A stretch of 64,000 bases of DNA from Mobula hypostoma (taxonomy: Eukaryota): contig NC_086118.1 in NCBI RefSeq assembly GCF_963921235.1, forward strand, positions 19,284,001 through 19,348,000, given 5' to 3'. The translations under genes and the position numbers were made by a program. The notes beneath the pieces are model-generated. The model saw nothing but the letters and a program-made list of their open reading frames with translations. It was not told the origin of the DNA and did no database searches. Numbering within the stretch: position 1 is the first letter of the stretch; every line of letters starts with the position of its first letter. Shown here piece after piece: positions 1 through 11,099 of this stretch.

Positions 1-353
1 TCACAGAACTAGAAGCCTTTTGCAAGGAAGAATGGGCAAAAATTCCCCAAACAAGAACTGAAAGACTCTTAGCTGGCTACAGAAAGTGTTTACAAGTTGT
101 GATACTTGCCAAAGGGGGTGTTACTAATTACTGACCAGGCAGGGTGCCCAAACTTTTGCTTCAGGCCCTTTTCCATTTTTGTTATTTCGAAACTGTAAAA
201 GATGGAAATAAAAAAGTAAGCTTGCTTAAAATATTAAAGAAATGTGTCATCTTTAACTTTGTGCCTTTTGGAAATCAGGTCATCTTTCACTCGCTTAGCT
301 ATTCACAGTAACAGAAATTTTGACCGGGGTGCCGAAACTTTTGCATGCCACTG
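1..353 (+). mobile_element. Tc1-family DNA transposon, 3' end (transposase C-terminus plus right terminal repeat)
   Basis: Bases ~5-134 translate to ELEAFCKEEWAKIPQTRTERLLAGYRKCLQVVILAKGGVTNY*, a typical Tc1 C-terminus. The motif GGGTGCC.AAACTTTTGC occurs at ~142 and ~327. The element ends CACTG followed by TA (354-355). Confidence 0.85.
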
Positions 354-358
354 TATAT

Positions 359-704
359 TGTGGTGAGCATTTGGTCCATAATGACAGACGGGGAAGCTCA
401 CTAACTCAACAACTGTTTTATTGTGATAAACACAAAACAGGCCAGGCACTATGACCCAAAGAGTGAACCCAACCAGTCTCATATAGATGGGGGGAGGTGA
501 CAATCACACACCCCAGTTACAGTTAGGATGACCCACAAAGACACAGGCGAGTAACTGTATAACCCAAGCTAAAATGTAGCAATAAATGAATTGGAACTTC
601 CCACCATAATCCCACAAAAACATTTGAACACAAGAACTATAAACAGTGCTGGTCATTAAAACTGCGGGGGGTGGCTACCAGCCATGCTTCCTCCGAGTGT
701 CACA
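359..704 (-). repeat. 3' LTR of the Gypsy element
   Basis: Starts TGTGG and ends TCACA. Aligns by eye with 3060-3248 plus 4325-4437. A purine-rich PPT-like tract lies on the minus strand at 705-719. Confidence 0.8.
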
Positions 705-3040
705 CTGCCCCCACCTGAGGGGTCAGCCATCCTCAGCAATCCCAGAGTCCATAATCAAGTCCAAAAGTTCTGGTGATGGCCAACACTGTCGCCTGAGGCA
801 CTGGGGGTCCTGGAGCCCCCTCCAGGCAAGGCCCTGTTTGTGTGAGACAAGAGGCAGGGCACTCAGAGTGTTACTTCTTTCGGCCTTGCTGGGTTAGTGG
901 TGGCCAAGGGCCAACACAGTGTAAGCCAGTCCCGCGCAGCACGACTGCCTCTCCCTGCTCATGCAACTGCTCATGATATACCACATCGAAGATGTGATTG
1001 AGCACCTGTCCTTCCAGCGGCTTCCAAGCCTGGAGGATAGTCCCTTCTTCAGGGAGTGGCAGTAGATCTGTACTGGCACCCTAGACTGGCAGCCTGGCCC
1101 CTTCTGGGATGTGCAGACATCACAGCAGTACATGAATAGCTCCGCGTCCTGCCTGTGCCCAGGCCAGTAGAAGCATTTGCCCAGCCTGCCCAATGTCTTT
1201 GCAAATCCGAATTGTCCAGTTGCCAGCAGCCCATGCGCCATCGCACGGAGCCCCCGGGGGTTCCCCAGCTGCAAGGGACGTCTGTCACTGTCGGACAACT
1301 GCCACCGCCGGAACAGCAATAAGTCGCGCACCTCCAGCGTTTCCCACTGAGAGTATAGAGCTTTGGACTCTGGATCCAGGATGGAGACATCTGTCTAATC
1401 CCCCCATCACCCCGTGCTTAGGCATCCCCTTACCCGGGCCAGCACAGGATCACTCGTGCTCCAGAGGGGGGAGGTCGTCACTGTCTGTCACCTGAAGGTC
1501 CATCACCATCATTTGCCCCTGGATCGGCTGTGTTGCGTTGGGCCTCTGTGGGGTGAACCGCACGGCCGCGAGCCGTTGGTGGTTGCTGCCTGCGCTAGGT
1601 CCCATTCATGGCACTGCCCCACCAGAGAGTCACAGCTTCGGCACCGAGGTAGAGTCCTTGACACATTCACGCGGGTCCCCCAGCAGGACAGCAGGTTCAG
1701 GCCAAAGATGCTAGACTCTCGGATGTCACCTCCTGCTCCACCATGTTTTTCCCCTCTGCGATGCACAGCACCTCTTCCCTCGCATTGCCGCACAGTCACC
1801 AGTGACCATAGCCAGCTGGACCACCATCGTCAGTGACCCAGGCAGGGATGGCTGGTCTGTGTTGGGGAGAACACCAGGACGGATGATAGTGTTGGTTGAC
1901 CCCAGGTCCACCAATGCATGGCATCTGATGCCCTGCACCACGCTGTCCACGTATAATCCTTGTTCTTCACCAAAATGGCCCACCTGGAGGAGTGACAATG
2001 GCAGGGTTCTGCTGGTGGACTCTGTCAGCACTGCCCGCTTGGTGTTTCCCGATGGCTGCGCTGAACTGCGGTGTGGTGCCGGGGCAGGGCAGTTCCGGCC
2101 AAATGGCCTGCTTCACCTCCCCGGTAGAAGATCATTTCGTGACCCGCAGTAGGGTCGGCGCAGTGTAGTTTGTACCTGTCTCACGGGCTCCTCCTTGCCA
2201 GTGTCCTCTTCCACCTTGATGACACAAGCCTGGGCTTGCAGTGTGCAGAGCAATGCTGGAACACCTTGCTTCAGCTCTCCCTGCCTCGGCCAGCACCTCA
2301 TCCAGCGACGATGATGTCAAGCGAACATGCTGCCAAAGGCGCGCTGGCGTCAGCACCTTTACAAAAGTGTAGAGGGCCAGCTCTTCCTGGGCCGTGGGAG
2401 GGAACTGGGCGGTAGCCATGCTGAGCACAGTGGTGGCGATCAACTGCTAATGCCCCTAGGCTTTCCCCCATATGGCGCCATCTGCTGCACAGTTACTCCC
2501 TCATTGCCTCTTGTCAAAGGTCTCTGCTCGAAACGTCTCTCAAACTCCACTACAAGGGCCCTGTAATCATACTGCTCCTCCGGCGTTAGGTCCCTCCAGT
2601 GCCAGGGCAAGGTGCACCGCTGTCTCGGTGGGGCTCCATCCACTGCGCTGTGCAGCAAGTTTGACTTGCACCAGGTAGGGCTCCAGGCGGCTGGTACCAT
2701 TGTATTTGGGAGCTTCAGGGTGGACATTGAGGCGCAAATCGTCAAGGCCCCTTGGTCTTCATTTTGCTCTGGCAGCGTCTGCCATGGTGCCCATCCTCCC
2801 CTGGCTACAGCATCTTGGGATCCCCAGAGTGGGTCGCGATGGAGGAGAGTGATGCACTCCATCGTGACCCCTGGGTTGAGGGCCCAGGTATGCTCACTCC
2901 ATTGGGGTTCCCTCGGAAGGCACAATGCTTGGTTCCCAGAACCTTCCTCCAAGTTCCACCTGCATAAGTTCCACTTATTCTCCAGGTTTTAAGGTGCTCT
3001 ATCTGACATCTTAGCACTTCAGTCTTGTTGTCAATTTCTA

Positions 3041-3058
3041 ATCCCATTCCTGACACCA
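3041..3058 (-). promoter_or_regulatory. Primer binding site complementary to the tRNA-Leu(CAG) 3' end
   Basis: Plus strand ATCCCATTCCTGACACCA matches the vertebrate tRNA-Leu(CAG) 3' end ATCCCACTCCTGACACCA (recalled) at 17/18. It lies 1 nt from the LTR edge at 3060. Confidence 0.8.
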
Positions 3059-3248
3059 ATGTGGCGAGCACTTGGTCCAAAATGACAGACGAGGAAGCTT
3101 GTTAAACTCCACAACCATTTTATTGTGATGAACACAAAACAGACCGGCACCATGACCCAGAGAGTGAACCCAACCAGTCTCATGCAGACGGGGGAGGTGA
3201 CCATCACACACCCCGGTTACAGTCAGGGTGACCCACAAATACACAAGC

Positions 3249-4325
3249 TGTGTGGGAGAAGACAGAGAGTGGTAGTGGATGATTGCTTATCAGACTGGAG
3301 GCCTGTAACTAATGGTGTGCCTCAAGGATCTGTGCTGAGACCATTGTTTGTTGTCTATATCAATGATCTAGATAATAATGTGGTAAATTGGATCAGCAAG
3401 TTTGCTGATGACACCAAGATTGGAGGCATTGTGGACAGCGAGGAAGGCTTTCAAAGGTTGCAGAGGGATCTAGACCAAATGGAGGGGTGGGCCAGAAAGT
3501 GGCAGATGGAATTTAATGCAGACAAGTGTGAGGTGTTGCATTTTGGAAGGACAAATCAAGGTAGGACATACACAGTAAATTGTAGAGCACTGAGGAGTTT
3601 GTACAAACAAAGAGATCTGGGAGTTCAGATACATAATTCCCTGAAAGTGGCGTCACAGGTAGACAGGGTTGTAAAGAAGGTTTTTCGCATCCTGGCATTC
3701 ATTAATCAAGGTATTGAGTATAGGAGTTGGGATGTTATGGGAAGGATGTATAAGACATTGGTGAGGCCAAATTTGGAGTATTGTGTACAGTTCAGGTCAC
3801 CTAACTATAGGAAGGATATCAGTAAGATTGAAAGAGTGCAGAGAAGATTTACTAGGATGTTGCTGGGTCTTCAGGAGTTGAGTTACAGGAAAGATTGAAC
3901 AAGTTAGGACTTTATTCCTTGGAGCGTACAAGAATGAGGGGAGATTTGATATAGGTTTACAAAATTATGAGAGGTATAGACAGAGTAAATGTGAATAGGC
4001 TCTTTCCACTTAGATTAGGAGAGAAAAATACGAGAGGACATGGCTTTAGGGTGAAAGGAGAAAGGTTTAGGGGGAACATTAGGGGGAACTTCTTCACTCA
4101 GAGAGTGGTGGGAGTGTGTAATGAGCTGCCATCTGTTGTGGTAAATGTGGGCTCACTCTTAAGTTTTAAGAATAGATTGGATAGGTACATGGATGGGAGA
4201 GGTCTGGAGGTTTATGGACCGGATGCAGATCAATGGGATTAGCGGAATAGTGTTTCGGCACAGACTAGGAGGGCTGAATGGCCTGTTTTCTGTGCTGTAG
4301 TGTTCTATGATTCTATGGTTCTATG
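3249..4325 (+). mobile_element. CR1 LINE, 5'-truncated, inserted in the Gypsy 5' LTR
   Basis: RT motifs GVPQGSVL, YINDL, SKFADDTK, WQMEFNADKC and LVRPNLEYC in ORF 3125-3898; C-terminus in ORF 3967-4242; TTCTATG-repeat tail. The LTR resumes at ~4326. Confidence 0.95.
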
Positions 4326-4624
4326 CAAATAACTGTGTAACCCAAGCTAAAATGCAACAATAAATGAATTGGAACTTCCCACCATAATCCCACAAAAGCA
4401 TTTTAACACAAAAACAATAAACAGTGCTGGTCATTAGTGTCTGATGAAGCATTCTTTGGCACATAGTTCAGTAGGGGTCATAAGTAGAGGTATGTGAATG
4501 GGATACCATTATTTTGCCATCAGGTCATATGTGAGCACCATACTAAATGTAAAACTAAGAGTACAAGAACATCTCCTGGATCCCTTGTTTCTCTTTTGAT
4601 TATTTTCTGGAGTTGATTCCCAAG

Positions 4625-5260
4625 GCTGTCATAGCCAGGGGTGGTAGTGGGGATAAGTTCCCACTACCTATAAAGTGCTCCAAATGCCGTGCGTCTCCAG
4701 CACCCTCTGACTACCAAGTCCAACTCTTGGCCTTCATGTGTGGCTTAGCTACTAGGCCCGGTGGAACTGTTTCTACTGACAAGAGAAGGGGCAAAGGTGG
4801 ACCACTGGTGCCTCAAAACCAGTTGCTTCAGGCAGGCGGGGCTCATCAGCCTTGGACGGCAGCCACCTGGGAGGAGGAAAACTCTAATTTTAAACTTCCA
4901 CTGCCTTGCGCCCATACCCACCCATGGGAAAGGCTTCGGGAGTAAACCCTGAGGAAGAAAACTGGAGCTGGGGTCCCTAAGGCAGTTTGATGTTTTTCAC
5001 AACTTCACTCTGGCAACCTCTGCGACGACACTGGTGCAAACTGTATCGGCGCTTGCCCTTCCCTTGGACTATATCAGTGACTTGGAGAGGGGAACCCACT
5101 GCATGGGCAACAGCCAGTTCTTCATATCCTCCCACCCAGGCTTGCGCCCTGAAGAGGACACAGTCCACCAGAGGCATAAACCCATGATCCCCTGGGATCA
5201 ACGGCTGCCCACTACTATTTTCTGGAGTTACAAAGCACAACAACCTAACTCTCACTGAAT
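4625..5260 (+). mobile_element. GC-rich structured interspersed repeat, possibly an RTE-type LINE 5' UTR
   Basis: Several hairpins, e.g. an 11-bp stem at 4643-4668. The motif GAGGAAAACTCTAATTTTAAAC resembles RTE-type 5' UTRs as recalled. Very degraded LINE-like coding sequence follows to ~5700. Confidence 0.35.
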
Positions 5261-5959
5261 TGGAATATGCAACCAACATTTGTGCATTCTGAGCTTCAGA
5301 TCATTTTCAACTCATTTGTTGAAACATACATGACAATCAGCCTTTGACGCCATCCACGAAAGAGGTTACTTTGCACCCTTCATTTGCTGCACAAAGATAT
5401 TCATGATAAATTCTGAGAAAATATGGATCAATTCAAAATTTTAGGAACCATCTCCCAAAGGAAACAGATACAATCACTTACAGTGTGTTAGCACTGTCTT
5501 CTTACAAAGAGTGTTTTAAAAACAAATTCGTGCATCCAACATAGATACTGCAGTGTACGTCTAACCCAATTGGAGAAGGTAAGCGCCAAATGAAAATCAA
5601 CAGCATCCCTCCTGACGATTTGAAACTTGAAGACGTGGAGTTCATGGAGAAATTCACAACCTCATCTCCAACATCATGAGAGAGATGAAATGGTTCCAAA
5701 GTTATCTGAATCTATGATGTACTAGCTTACCTTTAATTTCCTTGCAATTTTATCCGGTTATGTAAAAACTCTGGAGTCAATCAAAACATCTCAAATGATT
5801 AAATTATTTTAGATATTACTGGAGGAGATAGCAGAAAATTGTGTGAGAGATTTTTATTGAGATAATTGACATCTAATTATTTCAACCATCCCCAAAAGCT
5901 AAGTATAGTTTAACCAATGTGAGAGCATCATTCAGGAAGGTGAACTTATAGAAAGCATC

Positions 5960-7070
5960 TGGCCCAGACTGGGTAACCGGCCGAGTACTAAAGATGTATG
6001 CTGATCGGCTGGCTGGAGTGTAAGTAACATTACATTCACGTAAAGAAGTACTTTGAGAGCTTGGTGATGAAACATATTACCTCCTTTCCTGAGAAGCAAC
6101 TTGGATCTGCTCCAATTTGCCTATCGTCATAACAGATACCATTTCATTGGCTCTTCGCTCAGCCTGGAACATCTGGACAGTGAAGATGGATACATCAGTA
6201 TGCTCTTCATCAACTACTGTTCAGCATTCAGTACTACCACCCTCTCAAAGCTTATCAATAAGCCTCTAGCCCTAGGTCTCAATTCCTTCTTGTGCAAATG
6301 GATCCTCAATTTCCTCACTTGCAGTTTAGAGAGGCAACAGAATCTCATCCACAATCTTCATCAGCACAGGCTCTGAGCTTAGCCCCCTGCACTACTCACT
6401 TTATACTTAGAGTGTGAGGCTAAACACAGGTCCACTGCCATATTTAAGTTTGCTGACGACACCACTGCTGTTGGCCAAGTCAAAAGTGGTGATGAATCGG
6501 AAGGGAGATTCCGGCTAAGTGGTGCCACAACAACAGCTGCTCACTCAATGCAAGCAAGACCAAGGAGCTGATTACTGACTTCTACTTCAGGAGGAGGAAA
6601 CCGGAGGACCAGGAGCCACCCCACAATGGGGGATCAGAGATGGATAGGGTCATCCACATTAAACTCGTCAGTGTTATCATTTCAGAGGACCTGTCCTAGG
6701 CCCAGCATTTAAGTGCTATTACGAAGAAAGCACAGCAGCACGTCCACTTTCTCAGAAGTTTGCGAAGATTAGGTATGTCATCTAAACCTTTGAGAAATTA
6801 TTTAGATGTGTGGTGAAGAGTATATTGACTGGTTGTGTCACAGCCTGGTATGGAAACACCAATGCCCTTGAGTGAAAAAGTCTATAAAATGAAGTATATA
6901 TGGTGCAGTCCATTACAGGAAACGCCCACCTCACCATTAAACTCATCTACATGGAGAGCCGTCGCAGGAATACTGCGTCCATCATCAAAGACACCACCAT
7001 CCAGGTGATGCTCTCTTCTTGCTGTGGCCATAAGAAAGAAGATATTGGAGCCTCATGACCCACACCAATA
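5960..7070 (+). mobile_element. Rex1/Babar-type LINE RT fragment, degenerate
   Basis: DLLQFAYRHNR...LEHLDSEDGYISMLFINYCSAFST (ORF 6101-6376), KFADDT at ~6445, and NASKTKELITDF. Confidence 0.8.
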
Positions 7071-7590
7071 GCTCAGAAAAGATGTGATGACATAGGAGAG
7101 GGTCCAGAGAAGATTCACTAGAATGATTCAAGGAATGGAAGTGTTAATGTATGGGGAGCATTTGCTGCCTCTGGCCCTGTAATTGCTGGAGTTTTAAAGA
7201 AAGAAGGACAATCTTATTGATAACTACCAAATATTGAAAGGCCTGGATAGAGTGTTCATGGAGAGGATGTTTCCTATTGAGGATGAGACTAAAGCAAGAG
7301 GGAACAGCCTCAGAATAGAGGGACATCCATTTACAGCAGAGAGGAGAGGCACTTCTTCATCCTTTGAGAGGTGAATCTGTGGAATTCATTGCCATGGATG
7401 GCTATGGAGGCCAAATTGAGAATACTTGAAGCGGAAATTGATAAGTCCTTGATTAGTCAGTGTGTCATAGGCTACAGGGAGATCAGGGGTTGAGTGGAAT
7501 AGCTAATCAGCCATGATAGAATGGTGGAGCAGACTTTATGGGCCAAATGACCTAATTATGCTCCTGTGCCTTATAGTCTGATAGTCTTAT
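7071..7590 (+). mobile_element. CR1 LINE 3' fragment
   Basis: ERVQRRFTRMI, KGLDRV and NLWNSLP-like motifs, followed by a CR1-type 3' UTR. Confidence 0.8.
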
Positions 7591-8400
7591 CCACCGGCCC
7601 TCCTTCATCAGCCTTCTTGGTAACCTCCTTGAAAAACTCTATAAGACTGGTTAAACATGACCTACCATAAACAAAGCCATGTTGAAAACCCTAGTCATAC
7701 CTTTTCTATCCAAATAGTAAAATATCCTATCCCTTCGAATACTTTCCACTAACTTACCCACAACTGAAGGCAGGCTCACTATCCCAGAAATGTCTATCTT
7801 ATTTTTAGGGCCTTTCTTGAACAACAGAACAATATTACCTATCCTCTCATCCTCCAGCACCTCACTCGTGGCTAAGGATGCTTTCAGTATCTTTGGTAGA
7901 GCCCCTACAATTGTCCCATTATCCTGCAAAGCCTGAGGAGGTACCTGATCAGGCCTTGGAGATTTATCCACCCAAATTTGCCTCCAGACAGCAAGCAACT
8001 ACTCTTCTCTAATCCAGATGTGATCCATGGCCTCACTACCTTTTTCCTCAGTCTATCGACCTTGTGTCTGTATCTCAACACGTGGTGTTGGGCACGTGGC
8101 CAAGTGGTTAAGGCGTTCGTCTAGTGATTTGAAGGTGGCTAGTTTGAGCCTCAACTGTGACAGCGTGTTTGTGTCCTTGAGAAAGGCATTTAATTACACA
8201 TCGCTCTAGTGTCTGTGCAAGGAGCGGCGCTACACACAGACTTCCAATCTGCGCCTTGTAAGGCATGAAAATGCCCGACACAGGCCTCTCATGGTCTGAG
8301 TCGACATTCCCCCCTGTATCCCAAGTATATACAAATGCAAAAATTCTATTTAACACCTTCCCCGTCTCTTTCAGACCCATGTGCAGATCACCGGATTTGT
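7591..8400 (-). mobile_element. CR1 LINE internal RT fragment interrupted by a SINE
   Basis: ORF 7651-7998 reads VDKSPRPDQV...LFKKG...VSLPSVVGKLVESI. Confidence 0.8.
8085..8313 (+). mobile_element. tRNA-derived SINE
   Basis: A-box-like TGGCCAAGTGG (8097), degenerate B-box AGTTTGAGCC (~8141) and the fish-SINE-like GTGTCCTTGAGAAAGGCATTTAA. It interrupts CR1 sequence. Confidence 0.7.
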
Positions 8401-9234
8401 CAAAGGATCTTTAGTTATGGCAATTGTCATCCATTTTCTCAGCTCTACGTGATCCAATCTACTTCAATTTGAGCAGAAGTAGATTCCATAAGAAGGAAAT
8501 GACACTACTCATGAAACTCGCCAGATAAATCATGCACAATCTCAACAACAACTGCACACCAAATGAAGCGCATTTCCACCTGCACTGATATAAATTCAAG
8601 GTAAAGTCTTTACATTGTGAATATTTGGTAGGATTAGCTCATTATGCTTTATGGGGCAGACTGCTAACATCAAGACCTTTACTAAGCACCGAGGTACTGT
8701 CAGCTGATCAAACATTTTCCAAGCTCCCAGAGGGTGCTACAACTAACAGTGAATGTTTTTTTTCCCAGATAGTTATTCCAATAACGCCTCAGGTGTGATA
8801 CACTAGTACCACTCCATTACTCAGGGTGCAGTTAAAATACTGAATGATTTTTTAGATGGAGCAGGGACCTTGGGATAAAAGGCACAGACATGTTTACCAT
8901 TGAAGAGTTTATTCCCAGAGAGTCTTCAGAGACGCCTCATGCCATATACCTCTCCGAAGAATAATGAATTTTTAAGTTTTCCTGGTTGTCATCACATTTT
9001 TGGATTCCTGTTACATTATCTTTCAGCTTCCTTATCACAATGTCCTTCCAGGTGAACCAGAAGATCTTCAGCTGCCCTTTTACTTTCTGCTTCCTGCTAC
9101 ATTGAAGAGACTACCAAAGCACAATACTGGTAAAGAAATGAGTTGCTTTGATTTGATTTTGATGTGGAAGCTCTGGGATTATTTGAATTTCAGGCTGCTA
9201 CCTCCTGTACTCATTTATTTTATTTTATTTTGTT

Positions 9235-9495
9235 CAGAGATCAGGGTGGAACAATCCCTTCTGGAACAACAAGCCTCACTGACCTGCAACCCACCTATTT
9301 AACACTAGCCTAATCACAGGTCAATTTTCAATGACCAACTAACCTACCAAATGGCACGTCTTTAGACTGTGGGAGGAAACTGGAGCACCTGAGAGATCCA
9401 AGCAGTCACAGTGAGGACATGCAAACTCCTGACAGGTAGCCCCGAAATGTTCCAAACTCCAACTCCCTAAGCTATAATACCATCACTATTGTGGT
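9235..9495 (-). mobile_element. V-SINE/HE1-like SINE remnant
   Basis: GTCTTTAGACTGTGGGAGGAAACTGGAGCACC...GGACATGCAAACTCC matches the reverse complement of the V-domain as recalled. Confidence 0.65.
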
Positions 9496-9569
9496 GATTT
9501 AACGTCTACATATCTCCCCTTAATAACCCACATCTTTACTTGAACAGAAAGGGTTTTACTCAGTGCATT

Positions 9570-10290
9570 GGCGAATGCTATGTTTTAGAGAAATATATCC
9601 ACATCAAAAAGGAAGAGATATTGGGTGTCTTGATAAGTAATATGGTGGAGAAGTCCTCAGGGCCTGATGGAATGGATTCCAAGATACTGAGGGAATAAAG
9701 GGAGAAGATAGCTGGAACCTTGACACATATCTTTACATCCACCATCTATGGGCAAAATGCCAGAAGACTGAAGACTAACCAGTGTTGTTCCGGTGTTTAA
9801 GAAGTGGAAAGCTGGGAAATGTCAGGCTTATGGGCAATGTTACACCAGTGGTAGGGAATATGCTAGAGAAGATCCTTTACAGTAGGTTTTACTTTCATTT
9901 GGAAAAGAATGGACATATTAAAGATAGTTAGGATGACTTTATGCTGGAGAGCTCCTGTCTATCAAATTTTGCATAAAAGTGATTGACGACAGTAGGGCTG
10001 TGAAAGTTGCTACATGGACTTCAGCAAAGCACACAATTTAAAGAAGATTTGTTGGGCAGGTTTTTTGCACAGAGAGTGATAGGTGCCTGTAACACATTGC
10101 TAAAGAGGTGTTGAACAACAACCTTAATGCTTAAGAGGCTTGTAGACAGATACATGATTAGGCAGTGAATGCAGCAATAGAGACCATATGCAGGCAGATG
10201 AAATTAGTTTAGATTGGAATCATGATTGAAGTAGACATGGTTCACTGAAGAGTCTGTTCCTGTGCTAAACTGTTCTCCATTCTCATTCAC
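9570..10290 (+). mobile_element. CR1 LINE fragments, degenerate
   Basis: EKSSGPDG, PED*RLTSVVPVFKK and MDFSKA remnants plus a CR1 3' UTR. Confidence 0.7.
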
Positions 10291-10829
10291 TGTTCATTGT
10301 CATTTTCAGCTGCCCAGATAGGTCAGACAGAGTCATGGCAGGAGTAGCAAGTCAGGCAAAGGCATGAGTCTTCACCATCTTGTGGCCCATTGCACTCATC
10401 TATAGTTTGTTTTAAGAAAAGGTGGAATGCAGGTCTAAATAGAGATCAAAGATTGCTCACATTACTCCCCATGTCTTTTGTCAGTGTGCTGTGCTTCTAC
10501 AACAGTAGAGCATAGGAATAGTAGGATCCATAAGACTACAAATATTGCAATAGAAACACCATGATTTTCCTGAAGATAAGATTTTATTCACTCTATCGAT
10601 CCAGAGAATGCATTCAGCACAAACTTAGTAGATGTTGCCACTTCATCTTCTGCACACTGAACAACTCTGCAAAGGCAAAGGGATAATTCCCACATCCTAA
10701 TCCTGCTCCCCAAGCCTCATCTCCCCTGAAGCATTGAGTTCATGAGAAGATCTACAGAATCTCCTATAGAAGTGCTTGTAACAGCTTGAAAGGACTTCTG
10801 AAAAAATAAACTTAGAATTAAAGCAGGAT

Positions 10830-11072
10830 CAGTAGAGATCAGTGGGGGCAGTCGGGACATTCTACACACTACAGTTCCCGAGGAGACATTGGATTGTGAG
10901 TAGCAAGAGATTTCAAAAGAAGTGAGTGGAGGCAGCCGGGATATTTTGCATGCCATAGTCCTCAAGGAGACTCGAGACTGTGAGTCATTTATGATTTCAA
11001 AAGAAGTGATCGACGACAGTTGTGACATTCTGTATGTCACAGTTGTCGAGGAGATGTTGGATTATGAGTAAC
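10830..11072 (+). repeat. Three degenerate tandem copies of an 84-bp unit
   Basis: Equivalent positions at 10841, 10925 and 11009. GATTTCAAAAGAAGTGA is repeated exactly at 84-bp spacing. Confidence 0.85.
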
Positions 11073-11099
11073 TAGCCACTTGGCAAGGGCCAATAATAA

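Larger units (their letters stand above)
359..4437 (-). mobile_element. Gypsy-type LTR retrotransposon, degenerate, RT/RNase H apparently deleted
   Basis: Two related LTRs: 359-704 (TG...CA) and 3060-4437 (split by a CR1, truncated). Minus strand carries gag-like PKYNGTSRLEPYLVQVKLAAQRSGWSPTETAVHLALALEG (~2590-2710), protease-like CHALVDLGSTNTIIRPGVL (ORF 1726-2031) and integrase zinc-binding-like HG...GQFGFAKTLGRLGKCFYWPG...CCDVC (ORF 894-1331). Confidence 0.85.

Noticed and set aside
3125..3898. 257-aa ORF as a functional gene
   Set aside because: It is a chance fusion of antisense LTR sequence with a 5'-truncated CR1 RT, and it ends at a premature stop.
8089..8165. tRNA gene
   Set aside because: The B box is degenerate, no clean cloverleaf forms, and the sequence continues into a SINE body inserted in a CR1.
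8441..8600. Possible exon between TTTTCTCAG and AAG|GTAAAG
   Set aside because: All three frames contain stops, and nothing supports a non-coding exon.
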